Source: Candidatus Lokiarchaeum ossiferum (GTDB lineage: Archaea > Asgardarchaeota > Lokiarchaeia > Sigyniarchaeales > Promethearchaeaceae). Taken from it: a stretch of DNA of 32,000 nt. Positions 12,443 through 21,818 of the stretch are shown here, piece after piece (the stretch's first letter is position 1; each line of letters starts with the position of its first letter). Under the pieces are notes generated by a model. The model did no database searches. It was not told the DNA's origin and saw only the letters and a list, made by a program, of their open reading frames with translations. A program made the position numbers and the translations under genes. The stretch is taken from contig CP104013.1 of NCBI GenBank assembly GCA_025839675.1, forward strand, positions 3,960,001-3,992,000. Direction: 5' to 3'.

Positions 12443-13936
12443 TTAGAGACGATCTGCTCGCTTTTGAGCATGGAGTTCTTCTAATTTAATGCGCATTTCT
12501 GCAATATGTTCCTTACCTAAGGGGTACCAGAACCATAAAATGGCCCCAATTAGTGCAAATATGGCGGGCATGAGAAATACACCTGTAGCGACACCTTTAA
12601 TGGCATTTCCAATTCCTAAGGTTGGAGTTATGGGTTCTGCTGTAGGATCCTCTGGATTTGAAGGAACTAATCCATAAAGTGCTAAAAATGCCGGAATTAA
12701 TGCAAAAACGACACTTTCCATAACTTTTCCAAACAAACACGCAATTCCTGCGTAAACTGCTTCCCGACGTTCACCAGTTTGAAGTTCATCATAATCTATG
12801 GTGTCAGCCCGCATAACTTGATGGAAAATAAAATCTCCACTGAATCCTAAAAATGTAATCGCCATTCCAATTGAAACTAACCAAATATTGCTTGGAACTT
12901 CCCATATTGTTGTACTTGATGTGAGATCACTAGTCATAATTCCAATATAAGAAATAAATCCACCAATTGCAATTGTCCAGAGTGAGTAACTTAGCGCTGC
13001 TTTGACCGAAATTTTCGAACCAATTTTTAATTGAATTGGGATACCAATAACGGCAAATAGTGCTGGAATTATAAAGTAAAGCATTGCATTACTTCCAGGA
13101 TTCAAGTTAATTGCTCCGAAAATCCAACTAAACATAAAAAACATACCCGTAAGGAGAGAATTTAAAATTCCAACCGACATTCCATCATAGACCATATAAA
13201 GCAAGCCCGATTTGTTTTTAAATACATACTTGACACCTTCCCAAAACGGAGTTTCGTCTTTTGGAATTAATTCTTTTTTCTCCTTAACTACTTTAACAAT
13301 AAAGATCCAAGGAATTAAAGCAACAATTCCGAATATTATGGCCATTAATTGAAATTCCGCAATTTTTGTTGAGGTGGGGTTAGTAAGATACATCATAGGA
13401 AAGGCAAGGCTTGCTCCCATTCCAACGAAGGTAAGGATCGATCCCAATCCATTGATTTCGGTACGTTCTTTTTGATCGAACGTCATTTGGGGTGCTAAAG
13501 ATACATGAGCGAGATAGACTATTGTGAAGAAGGTGTCATAAATCATGTAACTGACCACATACCAGATCAATAAGGCTATCTGATATTTCTCACCTCCAGT
13601 TTGCAAGCGCCATCCTTGCGGAGGGATGAATAGGAGGATAAAACCAATTGTAAAGGGCACTGCGCTGTACTTAATCCATGGGAGATATCGTCCCATTTTT
13701 GTTCGAGTTCGATCTTGAAGGGTCCCAAAGATAGGATCATTTAGTACATTCCAAACCATGTATATCAATTGACCAATTAAAATATAATCTGCTTTTAATC
13801 CCATCCATGCATAATAGAAAGTGGTGATAGCTCCTGTGAATGAAGAGAAAAATCCTGACGGGAGGGTTCCCGTTGCATAGGCGAATTTTTCTTTGAATGA
13901 TAATTTTTTTTGTTCACCTAGTTCTGTCAAAGCCAT
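12443..13936 (-). CDS. MFS-type glycoside-pentoside-hexuronide (GPH):cation symporter family transporter
   Basis: About 12 TM helices. The GPH loop 2-3 signature is LNDPIFGTLQDRTRTKMGRYLPWI (compare D-x-x-G-x-x-x-D-R-T-x-x-x-x-G-R-x-R-P-W). Confidence 0.8.
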   Translation of the reverse strand: MALTELGEQKKLSFKEKFAYATGTLPSGFFSSFTGAITTFYYAWMGLKADYILIGQLIYMVWNVLNDPIFGTLQDRTRTKMGRYLPWIKYSAVPFTIGFILLFIPPQGWRLQTGGEKYQIALLIWYVVSYMIYDTFFTIVYLAHVSLAPQMTFDQKERTEINGLGSILTFVGMGASLAFPMMYLTNPTSTKIAEFQLMAIIFGIVALIPWIFIVKVVKEKKELIPKDETPFWEGVKYVFKNKSGLLYMVYDGMSVGILNSLLTGMFFMFSWIFGAINLNPGSNAMLYFIIPALFAVIGIPIQLKIGSKISVKAALSYSLWTIAIGGFISYIGIMTSDLTSSTTIWEVPSNIWLVSIGMAITFLGFSGDFIFHQVMRADTIDYDELQTGERREAVYAGIACLFGKVMESVVFALIPAFLALYGLVPSNPEDPTAEPITPTLGIGNAIKGVATGVFLMPAIFALIGAILWFWYPLGKEHIAEMRIKLEELHAQKRADRL

Positions 13937-14212
13937 ACCTTACCAAATGTTTAATTTTTATAAAAAGTACAACTTTTTTTTTTTAGAAATTTGAAAAAAG
14001 ATACAATTTTGTTCAATTTTATCTTTGATTTTCTATGGAATTGATTCTAAATACGCAATTTTTTATGAATTTCCCTAAGTAAATGCGATTTTTGTTTATG
14101 GATAGTTCTATCTTCATTTATGGCAAATTTAAATTTAACAATTGGAGACAAAAATTGGTCTAAAGAATTTTTAATACCTCATACATCCATAATATAATTA
14201 CCAGTAATTTAT

Positions 14213-14650
14213 ATGGAAGTAAAAAAAACGATGTCAAAATATTGTGTTAATTGCGGCGGGGAAAATAATCCCGGTGCTAAATTTTGTGCTTTATGTGGGG
14301 CAGAAATGTCTCCCACTGCTCCACCGACCAATCAAGAACCTCAATATCAACAAAATACCTATTCTCAACCAGAATACCAACAAGCCCAACCAGTATACGC
14401 AAACCAAAGTGGGCAAATAAATGATCCAAATCGAAAAGATCGCGTTGCAGCGGCTATTTTTGGAATTATCTTGGGTGGTATCGGAGTACACAAATTTTAT
14501 TTGGGTAATATAGGGATGGGGATTTTATATCTGATTTTCTGCTGGACTGGTATTCCGTCTTTAATCGGTTTTATTGAAGGAATTATTTATCTCACTGAGA
14601 ATGATGAAGAATTCCATCAAAAACATGTGTTACCAATTCTCCAGCGGTAG
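14213..14650 (+). CDS. zinc-ribbon / TM2-domain membrane protein
   Basis: The N-terminus has a double CxxC zinc ribbon (YCVNCGGENNPGAKFCALCG). A Q/P/Y-rich linker follows. The TM2-domain signature is AAIFGIILGGIGVHKFYLGNIGMGILYLIFCWTGIPSLIGFIEGI. Confidence 0.8.
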   Translation: MEVKKTMSKYCVNCGGENNPGAKFCALCGAEMSPTAPPTNQEPQYQQNTYSQPEYQQAQPVYANQSGQINDPNRKDRVAAAIFGIILGGIGVHKFYLGNIGMGILYLIFCWTGIPSLIGFIEGIIYLTENDEEFHQKHVLPILQR

Positions 14651-14700
14651 TTCTTTCTTTTTTCAATCTTTTTCTATTTTTCTCAGAAAATTTAACATCC

Positions 14701-15171
14701 TTAAATCTTCATGCTCATTTCAGTCCCATCAGTAAAACCTAATTTTTTGTAGAGTTTGCGACCCATCTCGGTAGCATGGAGATTCGCAATAGAAATATTT
14801 TGTTTTTTTAACCATTGTATGATTATCTCCATAATTTTTTGAGCAATTCCTTGTTTACGGAATTCTTCTACGACAACAACGCTCATAATGTACCCTTTCT
14901 TCCCGGATAAGTTGTTTGGACTGGGAGGGTGTTTATCAATAACGACTCCACCTGATCCAATTGCTTTTTTTTGTGTATCTTCCGCAATCCACCCAATAAA
15001 TTCTCCTGTGGGAATACTTTGCTGAAAATACTCATTTGCTGCTTCATCGGCTAGATTCAGTAATTCTAAATCAGAATATCCCATTGATTCAAACATAATT
15101 CGTCGAAGTTTTACTATTGAGTTAACATCCGCAATAGAACACTGTCGAATTGAAATATTTCGTTTACTCAT
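14701..15171 (-). CDS. GNAT-family N-acetyltransferase
   Basis: The acetyl-CoA-binding motif A is VVVVEEFRKQGIAQKIMEIIIQWL (R-x-x-G-x-A). The 156-aa size is typical. Confidence 0.8.
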   Translation of the reverse strand: MSKRNISIRQCSIADVNSIVKLRRIMFESMGYSDLELLNLADEAANEYFQQSIPTGEFIGWIAEDTQKKAIGSGGVVIDKHPPSPNNLSGKKGYIMSVVVVEEFRKQGIAQKIMEIIIQWLKKQNISIANLHATEMGRKLYKKLGFTDGTEMSMKI

Positions 15172-15210
15172 GTTTTTTCCCTCATATATAAAATGGTGTG
15201 AAAAAAAGGG

Positions 15211-15717
15211 TTATTTATGAACTACATGTGTATTAGCGAGAATCTGGCAAAAACGAGGATAATTTTCTTTGCCTTTTCTCCATTTCAAAAACAATCCGAT
15301 GATTAAGTCGATTCCCACAAAGAAATAGAATTTACCTGCACTATGAATTAAGGCTTGAACTAAAGTAGGTCTGGTTAATTCTTTGTCTTTAATATGTCGT
15401 TTACCCTTCACTTCAAGCTTCATAATCCATTGACCCAAGGAACGTCCTTTGTTCAACCATGTAAAAATGAAGAAATAGAAAAAGACAACTCCCAGTTGAA
15501 TGAAAAATTGTGTCCGTAATTCTGCAGTTGAAGGTGTTAATCCTTCAAAATGAATACCTACGATAATACCATAAGGAAGTGCTAATATTAGCAAATCTAC
15601 GAAGTATGCGATTAAACGCGGTGGAAAATCAGCATAGTTATATTTTGGTATTTTGCTGGGGGTTTTTTTATGAGCGGATTTTGTCGGATTGCTTTTATTT
15701 TTAGTTGCGTGAGTCAT
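15211..15717 (-). CDS. RDD-family membrane protein
   Basis: A basic N-terminus is followed by YADFPPRLIAYFVDLLILALPYGI and three hydrophobic helices. This layout is consistent with RDD-domain proteins. Confidence 0.55.
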   Translation of the reverse strand: MTHATKNKSNPTKSAHKKTPSKIPKYNYADFPPRLIAYFVDLLILALPYGIIVGIHFEGLTPSTAELRTQFFIQLGVVFFYFFIFTWLNKGRSLGQWIMKLEVKGKRHIKDKELTRPTLVQALIHSAGKFYFFVGIDLIIGLFLKWRKGKENYPRFCQILANTHVVHK

Positions 15718-15893
15718 GTTCCGATCCTCAAAAATTTATTAGCATAAACTGTACTATTGTACACGATGCTTTGAATTGTTATTAATATTTTATCCGTTTT
15801 AAGGATTTTATGATAGCGTCGGTGAGCATAAAAAAGTGTAAAAAAATCTAATCATCTAAACTGCATTGGAAAACAATATTGAAGGAATAGACA

Positions 15894-16913
15894 ATGGCAA
15901 AAATGACATATTATATCGTGAGGGATGTAATTGAGAAACATCCGGTTATTGAAACCTGTGAGGTATCACTTGAAGATTTACGGGATGAATTCAATATTGA
16001 AGCAGTAAAAAAGCAATGCAAATTTTGTTTTTTGGATGTATTTCTTGAAGAGAGTCCTTTTGATCTTGACCACAATCAGGAAATCTTAGATTTAACCGTT
16101 TTACTTGATATTTCATTAGATACTTTTGAGGAGATTATCCAAGATAGTAGGCCACGTTTGGATGATTATCAAGAATATTTATTTATTTTATTTAAAAGCA
16201 TTGGGAAACATCCAACTGAAATTGATGGGAAATCAGAACATCAATGCGGGTTGATTATTGATGAAAATATTTTAATGTCTATCCATGTTGGGATTCCATT
16301 ACCTTTAGACAAACTCTTCCGATTATTTAACCGAAATCCACAAATGCTCATTCGGGGTGGAATCACATACCTCTCCACAACATACTTTGATGCGTTAATA
16401 GATCCCACATATCACGTGCTTGATGGGTGGAGGAAGCTTTCTGATGATATTGAATGGAGTATACTGAGTCAAAAGCGGGTAGATCAACAAACTACTCTTT
16501 CTCGTTTGATTGGAATTCGGGAATCAATTTTTGATACTGTGAAGATTCTTCAAGCGGATCGGGAAGTTGTGAATCGTATGAAAAGTCCGAATATGCCTAT
16601 TTTTAAGAAAGAATTTATTCCACCTGAGTTGGATGATCATATCCGCCATTTACTTGATGAACAAGATATTCTCCGCGCTACTATTTCTGATTTGATGAAT
16701 TTATTCTTCAATGCGGAATCGAGTAAAACAAATCGCGTTCTTTCCCGCTACACCTTTGTTACCTCCATACTATTACTTCCCAGTTTGATAGCTGGAATAT
16801 TTGGAATGAATAATATTCATTTTCCTCAAATATCTTTTTGGTGGGTGTTAGTTATCATGGTTTCCTGTATGGGAGGATTATGGTTTTTGTTTAAAAAAAA
16901 ACAACTTATTTAG
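15894..16913 (+). CDS. corA: CorA-family divalent cation (Mg2+/Co2+) channel
   Basis: A large soluble N-terminal domain is followed by two C-terminal TM helices bracketing the GMN signature (IAGIFGMNNIHFP). Confidence 0.85.
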   Translation: MAKMTYYIVRDVIEKHPVIETCEVSLEDLRDEFNIEAVKKQCKFCFLDVFLEESPFDLDHNQEILDLTVLLDISLDTFEEIIQDSRPRLDDYQEYLFILFKSIGKHPTEIDGKSEHQCGLIIDENILMSIHVGIPLPLDKLFRLFNRNPQMLIRGGITYLSTTYFDALIDPTYHVLDGWRKLSDDIEWSILSQKRVDQQTTLSRLIGIRESIFDTVKILQADREVVNRMKSPNMPIFKKEFIPPELDDHIRHLLDEQDILRATISDLMNLFFNAESSKTNRVLSRYTFVTSILLLPSLIAGIFGMNNIHFPQISFWWVLVIMVSCMGGLWFLFKKKQLI

Positions 16914-16942
16914 GATTTAGGAATCTTATTATTCTGAGGAAA

Positions 16943-17662
16943 TTGGAAAATCAGCATTGGGAAATATTTCATGACTATCTGGATTCTTATTCACTGAGGG
17001 ATATGAATAGGCTTCTTGAAATTTTTTCTGATGATTTTAGTGGTTTTGGAACCGGATCGGATGAAAATTCATTTGATTTTGAAGATTTTACCGAACTTTA
17101 CATTCGCGAAGTTGAGCAAGTTCCTTCAAAATTAGATATTCAAATTAATAGAGAGAAAATTCATTCTCATTCTTCGAATTTCTTTACTGGGATGGCTGAA
17201 TTAGATATAAAAGTGTCACTTGATGATGGTATATTGTCTTTTGAAGGATTAAGGATTAGTGTTATATTTCAAAAGAAAAAAAATCTATGGAAACTCGTTC
17301 ATAAGCATATCTCCTCCCCTCTTATAATTCAAGAAAATGGAGAAACTGTTCCAATTAAGGAACTTCAAAAGAAAAACCAAGAATTAGAGTTGAAAGTTGA
17401 AGAAAAAACTAAAAAATTATTAATTCAAAATGTCGAACTACAAGAAAAAAATGATAGATTACAAGCTGCATTAAATGAGGTTTCCACATTAAAAACACTA
17501 CTTCCTATTTGTGCAAATTGTAAGAAAATTAGAGATGATTCGGGATATTGGCAAAATGTTGAAGAATATCTCCAAAAAAATACAGATATCCGTTTAACTC
17601 ACAGTTTATGCAATGATTGCGTTCAGGAATTGTATCCCGAAATGAATTTTGATAATACCTAA
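16943..17662 (+). CDS. NTF2/SnoaL-like domain protein with a coiled coil and a C-terminal CxxC...CxxC (LPICxxCKKIRDD) module; TTG start in the track
   Basis: The N-terminal ~125 aa resemble the SnoaL/DUF4440 type (WEIFHDYLDSYSLRDMNRLLEIFSDDFSGFGTG). Heptad-like KELQKKNQELELKVEEKTKKLLIQNVELQEKNDRLQAALNEV follows. The C-terminus reads LLPICANCKKIRDDSGYWQNVEEYLQKNTDIRLTHSLCNDCVQELYPE. Confidence 0.65.
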   Translation: MENQHWEIFHDYLDSYSLRDMNRLLEIFSDDFSGFGTGSDENSFDFEDFTELYIREVEQVPSKLDIQINREKIHSHSSNFFTGMAELDIKVSLDDGILSFEGLRISVIFQKKKNLWKLVHKHISSPLIIQENGETVPIKELQKKNQELELKVEEKTKKLLIQNVELQEKNDRLQAALNEVSTLKTLLPICANCKKIRDDSGYWQNVEEYLQKNTDIRLTHSLCNDCVQELYPEMNFDNT

Positions 17663-17685
17663 ATAAAAAAATCAAAAAAAAAGTA

Positions 17686-18516
17686 TTAACTATTAAAATC
17701 AGAGGTCCGAGGGGCTCCAAAATTATATGACGGCTTGAGTTTTGCCTCCTTCGCCTGTTGTTCATCGGGGGAATTCACTGCGTAAATACTTCGGAATTTT
17801 GCGTTTATTAACGGAAAATGAGTTGTTCGGAAAAATGCTATCCCTAAAATAATAATTCCTAAGTAAAGGATAAAACTGAAGACTTTTTGAACAAAACCAC
17901 TCATATAAAAGGGAAAGAATGGACAAAAAGCATAGTAATTGAAAAAAAATAGAATTAAACCAATAGTGAGAAAATGGCTATAATGTTTAATCTGGGGTGT
18001 TTTCTTTGAAGTCAAAAATATGATTGTACAGAGAATTGGGAGCAAAATAATCTCAAAAAATCCAATATTTCGATTGTTCATAACAGCAAAAACAGCTCCC
18101 AGAGTAATCAATTTCAATCCAAATAAAATAATTACACCCTTTGATAATTTTCCATTTGTCTTGTTATATAACAACTTCATATCAATTTGATAAACAAGAA
18201 TAATTGTACATAATATGTCAAGAATCAATGATGACATTTTGTAAAAGTAAGAAATTCGTCCAAGTCTTGAAAAAATCACAATTTCTGTCCATATAATCAT
18301 TTGTTCATCCATGGTAAGGTTAGAAAAAAAGTTTGAAGAAAAAATTCCAATTATAATCTTACAAATATTTAGAAGTAGCACAATTAAAAATTGTTTCATT
18401 AAAGATTTTGAGCAATGTTCTGCTAGTTTTACTTTTGAATATAGCACTCCATACCCAATCGAAAAAAGAATCAGAATGATCAGACAAATTAAGTCGAAGA
18501 TAAAATTAGGATACAT
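17686..18516 (-). CDS. polytopic membrane protein, unknown function
   Basis: 276-aa ORF with about 8 hydrophobic helices and no recognisable motif. Confidence 0.55.
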   Translation of the reverse strand: MYPNFIFDLICLIILILFSIGYGVLYSKVKLAEHCSKSLMKQFLIVLLLNICKIIIGIFSSNFFSNLTMDEQMIIWTEIVIFSRLGRISYFYKMSSLILDILCTIILVYQIDMKLLYNKTNGKLSKGVIILFGLKLITLGAVFAVMNNRNIGFFEIILLPILCTIIFLTSKKTPQIKHYSHFLTIGLILFFFNYYAFCPFFPFYMSGFVQKVFSFILYLGIIILGIAFFRTTHFPLINAKFRSIYAVNSPDEQQAKEAKLKPSYNFGAPRTSDFNS

Positions 18517-18632
18517 ATTGTTTTTTGCCTCGTAACAAAAGTTAGAAGGAAAATGATATAATATTTTCTAAATCCAGAATAATCAGGTACATTATTAGTG
18601 TGGAAATATTAAAAAAAAAATAAAAAAGGTTC

Positions 18633-19352
18633 TTAGTAGGAATGTGCAATTAAATAAGTGCGAGCTGAATCATGGATTTCGCTCGGAGCACAAGCCCAAA
18701 AGTAGTCTGAACCACTCCAGCCAGGATCCGCATCGATAGTATTGGTGTTAGAATCACTGTTGTCATAATCGTAATCCCATGGATTGCCTGGGGCACCATC
18801 CATTGCCCAATCGTAAGCTTTGGCACATAATTCTGAGCAATACATGGATTTGTAAGTGCTCATTCCATATAGGTAATTATAATCATATTCCGTTTTGGAC
18901 CCCCATTTCCAGGTCGTACGGAACCATGATGTTTCCCATGCTCCCGTGGCGTATGCATTGGCATATTCAATTACTTTTGATCGAATCCAATCCGTAACTC
19001 CTGTAACTCTTAACAATTCAGCTTCATCTGCCTTATTCAATCGAGATACATCATTAAAGACTACTCCATCAGGGGTGGCTTCAATACAAAAATATCCCCA
19101 ATGGGAATATTCGGCTTCAGCATCATAATGATATGACCATCCAAGATAAATTGCTGAATGATCCCAATGACCCGGGATTAAATCAGTATATTTACCTCCT
19201 GCAGTGAGAATTATATCACCTGGGAGGGATAATCCTACTATGTTTAGTGCGTTTCCATCTCCTTCATCCCCTAAAGCAGCACCAAAATCCATAAAGGAGA
19301 ACAGAACAACCATAAACATTGCGCTTACAATTAATTTTCGGTTTAATTTCAT
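18633..19352 (-). CDS. secreted permuted papain-fold (NlpC/P60 superfamily, YaeF/YiiX C92-like) amidase/peptidase
   Basis: There is an N-terminal signal-like segment (KLIVSAMFMVVLFSFMDFGAALG). The motifs GDIILT...HWDHSAIYLG...CIEATPDGVV...MYCSELCAKAY place His before Cys, as in the permuted C92 family. Confidence 0.65.
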   Translation of the reverse strand: MKLNRKLIVSAMFMVVLFSFMDFGAALGDEGDGNALNIVGLSLPGDIILTAGGKYTDLIPGHWDHSAIYLGWSYHYDAEAEYSHWGYFCIEATPDGVVFNDVSRLNKADEAELLRVTGVTDWIRSKVIEYANAYATGAWETSWFRTTWKWGSKTEYDYNYLYGMSTYKSMYCSELCAKAYDWAMDGAPGNPWDYDYDNSDSNTNTIDADPGWSGSDYFWACAPSEIHDSARTYLIAHSY

Positions 19353-19633
19353 TTTTCAACCACAAAACCCATTTTTTTTTAAAAAAAACCCAAACAATTT
19401 TCGATTTAATTTTCAATATTTACCCATTAGACCAAATATTGCTGGTTTTACATTTTGTTCATGATCCTTAAAAGTATTGTGAATTAATTACAACATACAA
19501 TTATGTCTCATCAATCCCACGAGATAGAGGCAACTTGGCTTGCGGAGATATATGTTGTTCTACCAATTGGGAGATATTTGGTTCAAAATTGAACTAGCGG
19601 AATATTTTTTGATTTTGCTATATTATAATATCT

Positions 19634-20725
19634 ATGAGTGAAGTTGAAAGATCCATTACCATCGGTCTCTTGGGAGCGAATCATGATATTACCAAACTGG
19701 TGGGTGAAGCATTCGGCAGTCCAGGCACAAGATCAGACTTGCAATTTTATAATCGGCTAGATTCGGGGATGAATATGATTTTTACTGCGGTTGCCCCGAT
19801 TGCATATCCTGAAAAAATAAAATCTTTAGTTCAAACCTGTGCAGAAACGAGTGTTCATATCATGATCATAGATTCCGAAACTGGAATTAATTCCGAAATT
19901 GGTGAAATTATGGTGATTATGGATTTGTATGCACAACATTTTAATTCCAAATTTATTGCAGTGATTGGAGGTATAACACCTACAAATGAGTGGCGTGTAG
20001 AAGAAATTCAGAATCAATTGCCAAAAGTGGTTGCAAATACTTCATTGAAAGCCATGGAATTAGTCGTTCTTAAAGATCGGGAAAACTATCAGCAATTAAA
20101 GCAGAAGGTATCCGATTTGTTTACATCAACTCCAAAACCCGATCCAAAAGATGCTCCATATAGTAAGGTCCTAATTGATCATGTGTTTCCGGTTCAAGGA
20201 ATTGGTACTGTGGCGTTAGGCTTAGTGACTAAAGGACAAGTAAAAGCGGGACAAATGTATGATATTGTTCCGGTCCAGAATAAAGTCATTTTACGATCGA
20301 TTCAAAAGCAAGATCGCGATTTTAAAACTGCTGAAGAAGGAGATCGGGTGGGCCTTGCTCTTAAAGGCATTAAAGGAGATAAAATCGATCGGAATGCGAT
20401 CTTTTGCACTTTAGGGGCCATGACTACTTCCTCCAAATTTCAAGCGAAAGTTCATGTTTCTCCTTATTATCGTCCTCAAAGCGAATCGGGTATGATATCT
20501 CCAAAAGATGCCAAAGCTTACCATGCAATTGCAGATCTTGGAATCAGTCCCGTAAAATTATTAGAAGGGGAAGATATTGCGCCGGGAAAAACGGGTGTGA
20601 TAACTTTAGAACTCGAAAAAGAATTACCCCATGATAGGAATGGAATGCGTGGGATTATTGCTGATTTTGGTCCTTTTGATAAAAAACTCCGCATTGTCGC
20701 ATATTTTGAGCAGATTATTGAATAA
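19634..20725 (+). CDS. EF-Tu/SelB-like protein with a degenerate (non-GTPase) G-like domain plus beta-barrel domain II
   Basis: The domain II signature is LIDHVFPVQGIGTVALGLVTKGQVKAGQMYDIVPVQNKVILRSIQKQDRDFKTAEEGDRVGLALKGI. The N-terminal region is colinear with a G domain, but its motifs are replaced. GHVDHGKT becomes GANHDITK, DxPGH becomes AVAPIAY, and there is no NKxD. Confidence 0.75.
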   Translation: MSEVERSITIGLLGANHDITKLVGEAFGSPGTRSDLQFYNRLDSGMNMIFTAVAPIAYPEKIKSLVQTCAETSVHIMIIDSETGINSEIGEIMVIMDLYAQHFNSKFIAVIGGITPTNEWRVEEIQNQLPKVVANTSLKAMELVVLKDRENYQQLKQKVSDLFTSTPKPDPKDAPYSKVLIDHVFPVQGIGTVALGLVTKGQVKAGQMYDIVPVQNKVILRSIQKQDRDFKTAEEGDRVGLALKGIKGDKIDRNAIFCTLGAMTTSSKFQAKVHVSPYYRPQSESGMISPKDAKAYHAIADLGISPVKLLEGEDIAPGKTGVITLELEKELPHDRNGMRGIIADFGPFDKKLRIVAYFEQIIE

Positions 20726-20742
20726 AACTGTTGCGAAATCTT

Positions 20743-21720
20743 ATGGTCAGACTCCTCTCCGAGAAATCAAAAGCTCAAATTCAAATTTTTCTCAGCGGTA
20801 TTTTAATGGGAACTATTGGATTTTTTTTACTGGGCTTAAATCTTCTGTCAACTAATGCTATTGTGGCATTAAGGGGATTGTTTGGTGCGCTTATCATTTT
20901 TCCCATCTTGCTTTTTTCAAAAAAATTGGGATATATTAAAAAACTGTTCTTTTCTCATCCTTGGTTAACCATACTTCAAAGTATTACTGGTCCTGTGCTT
21001 ATATATTGTTATTTTTATGCTATTATGAATTTAGGTTATGGAACTGCCGTTTTTCTTTTAAAGACTGGACCTATATTTTCTGTGTTTTTTATGTGGTTGT
21101 TTCTAAAACGAAGTCCTGATAAAAATGATCTATTAGCGTTTCTAATCACCATGATTGGAGTACTAATTTTAACACAACCTTGGGATCTGGCTTCTTCTTC
21201 AGAATCATATTGGAAGGGCATACTTATAGGATTGATATCTGGAGTATTAATGGGGGCTGCAAATGTATTTCGAATCATGATTTTTGACAAATCTCGATTG
21301 TATCAAGATACTGCTCTGACAAATTCTATAATTTCTTCAGAAGGACTATCAGAAACCAAACTTTCTGATGATTTAATTTATAGCAGTTTGAGTTTAATCT
21401 TTTTAGAAACCCTTGTGATGTTTGTTATGTTTTCCCTGCTTGATTTTTCTTATTTTAGAACCATGTCACCCATCCATTGGGCCATCGCCTTTGGTTTGGG
21501 TTTGATTCCGACTGTGATTGCTTTCTTTTTAAGAAACATTGCATTAAAACATGATGAAGCGGGGGATGTACTCATTTTCTCTTATTCCGAAACAATAATG
21601 GGGGCTCTTCTTACAGCTATTCTGGATCATGAGTTAACTTTGCTATTAATTTTGAGCGGAATATGTATTTTAGTGGCCAATGGCATAGTTGCTTTAAAAC
21701 CAAAAAAAAATTTACCTTGA
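20743..21720 (+). CDS. DMT-superfamily (EamA-like) transporter; ATG at 20743 preferred over the track's TTG at 20731
   Basis: About 10 TM helices in two halves, which is the size and topology of EamA/DMT permeases. It starts 6-18 nt after the stop of the EF-Tu-like gene. The family call rests on topology only. Confidence 0.5.
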   Translation: MVRLLSEKSKAQIQIFLSGILMGTIGFFLLGLNLLSTNAIVALRGLFGALIIFPILLFSKKLGYIKKLFFSHPWLTILQSITGPVLIYCYFYAIMNLGYGTAVFLLKTGPIFSVFFMWLFLKRSPDKNDLLAFLITMIGVLILTQPWDLASSSESYWKGILIGLISGVLMGAANVFRIMIFDKSRLYQDTALTNSIISSEGLSETKLSDDLIYSSLSLIFLETLVMFVMFSLLDFSYFRTMSPIHWAIAFGLGLIPTVIAFFLRNIALKHDEAGDVLIFSYSETIMGALLTAILDHELTLLLILSGICILVANGIVALKPKKNLP

Positions 21721-21818
21721 CCAAATCAATCCACATAACTTACTTCTTCGGGCGATAAAGATTGGTTGCTAAAACACTTATTACCTCTTGTTGGTTATCT
21801 TAATGTAAGTGATAAGAA

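Noticed and set aside
12443-13936. Considered presenting the GPH transporter plus the downstream APH-like kinase (11368-12363) as a novel sugar salvage module.
   Set aside because: The transporter-kinase adjacency on one strand is real but ordinary. No substrate inference can be supported from sequence alone, so it is left as plain annotation.
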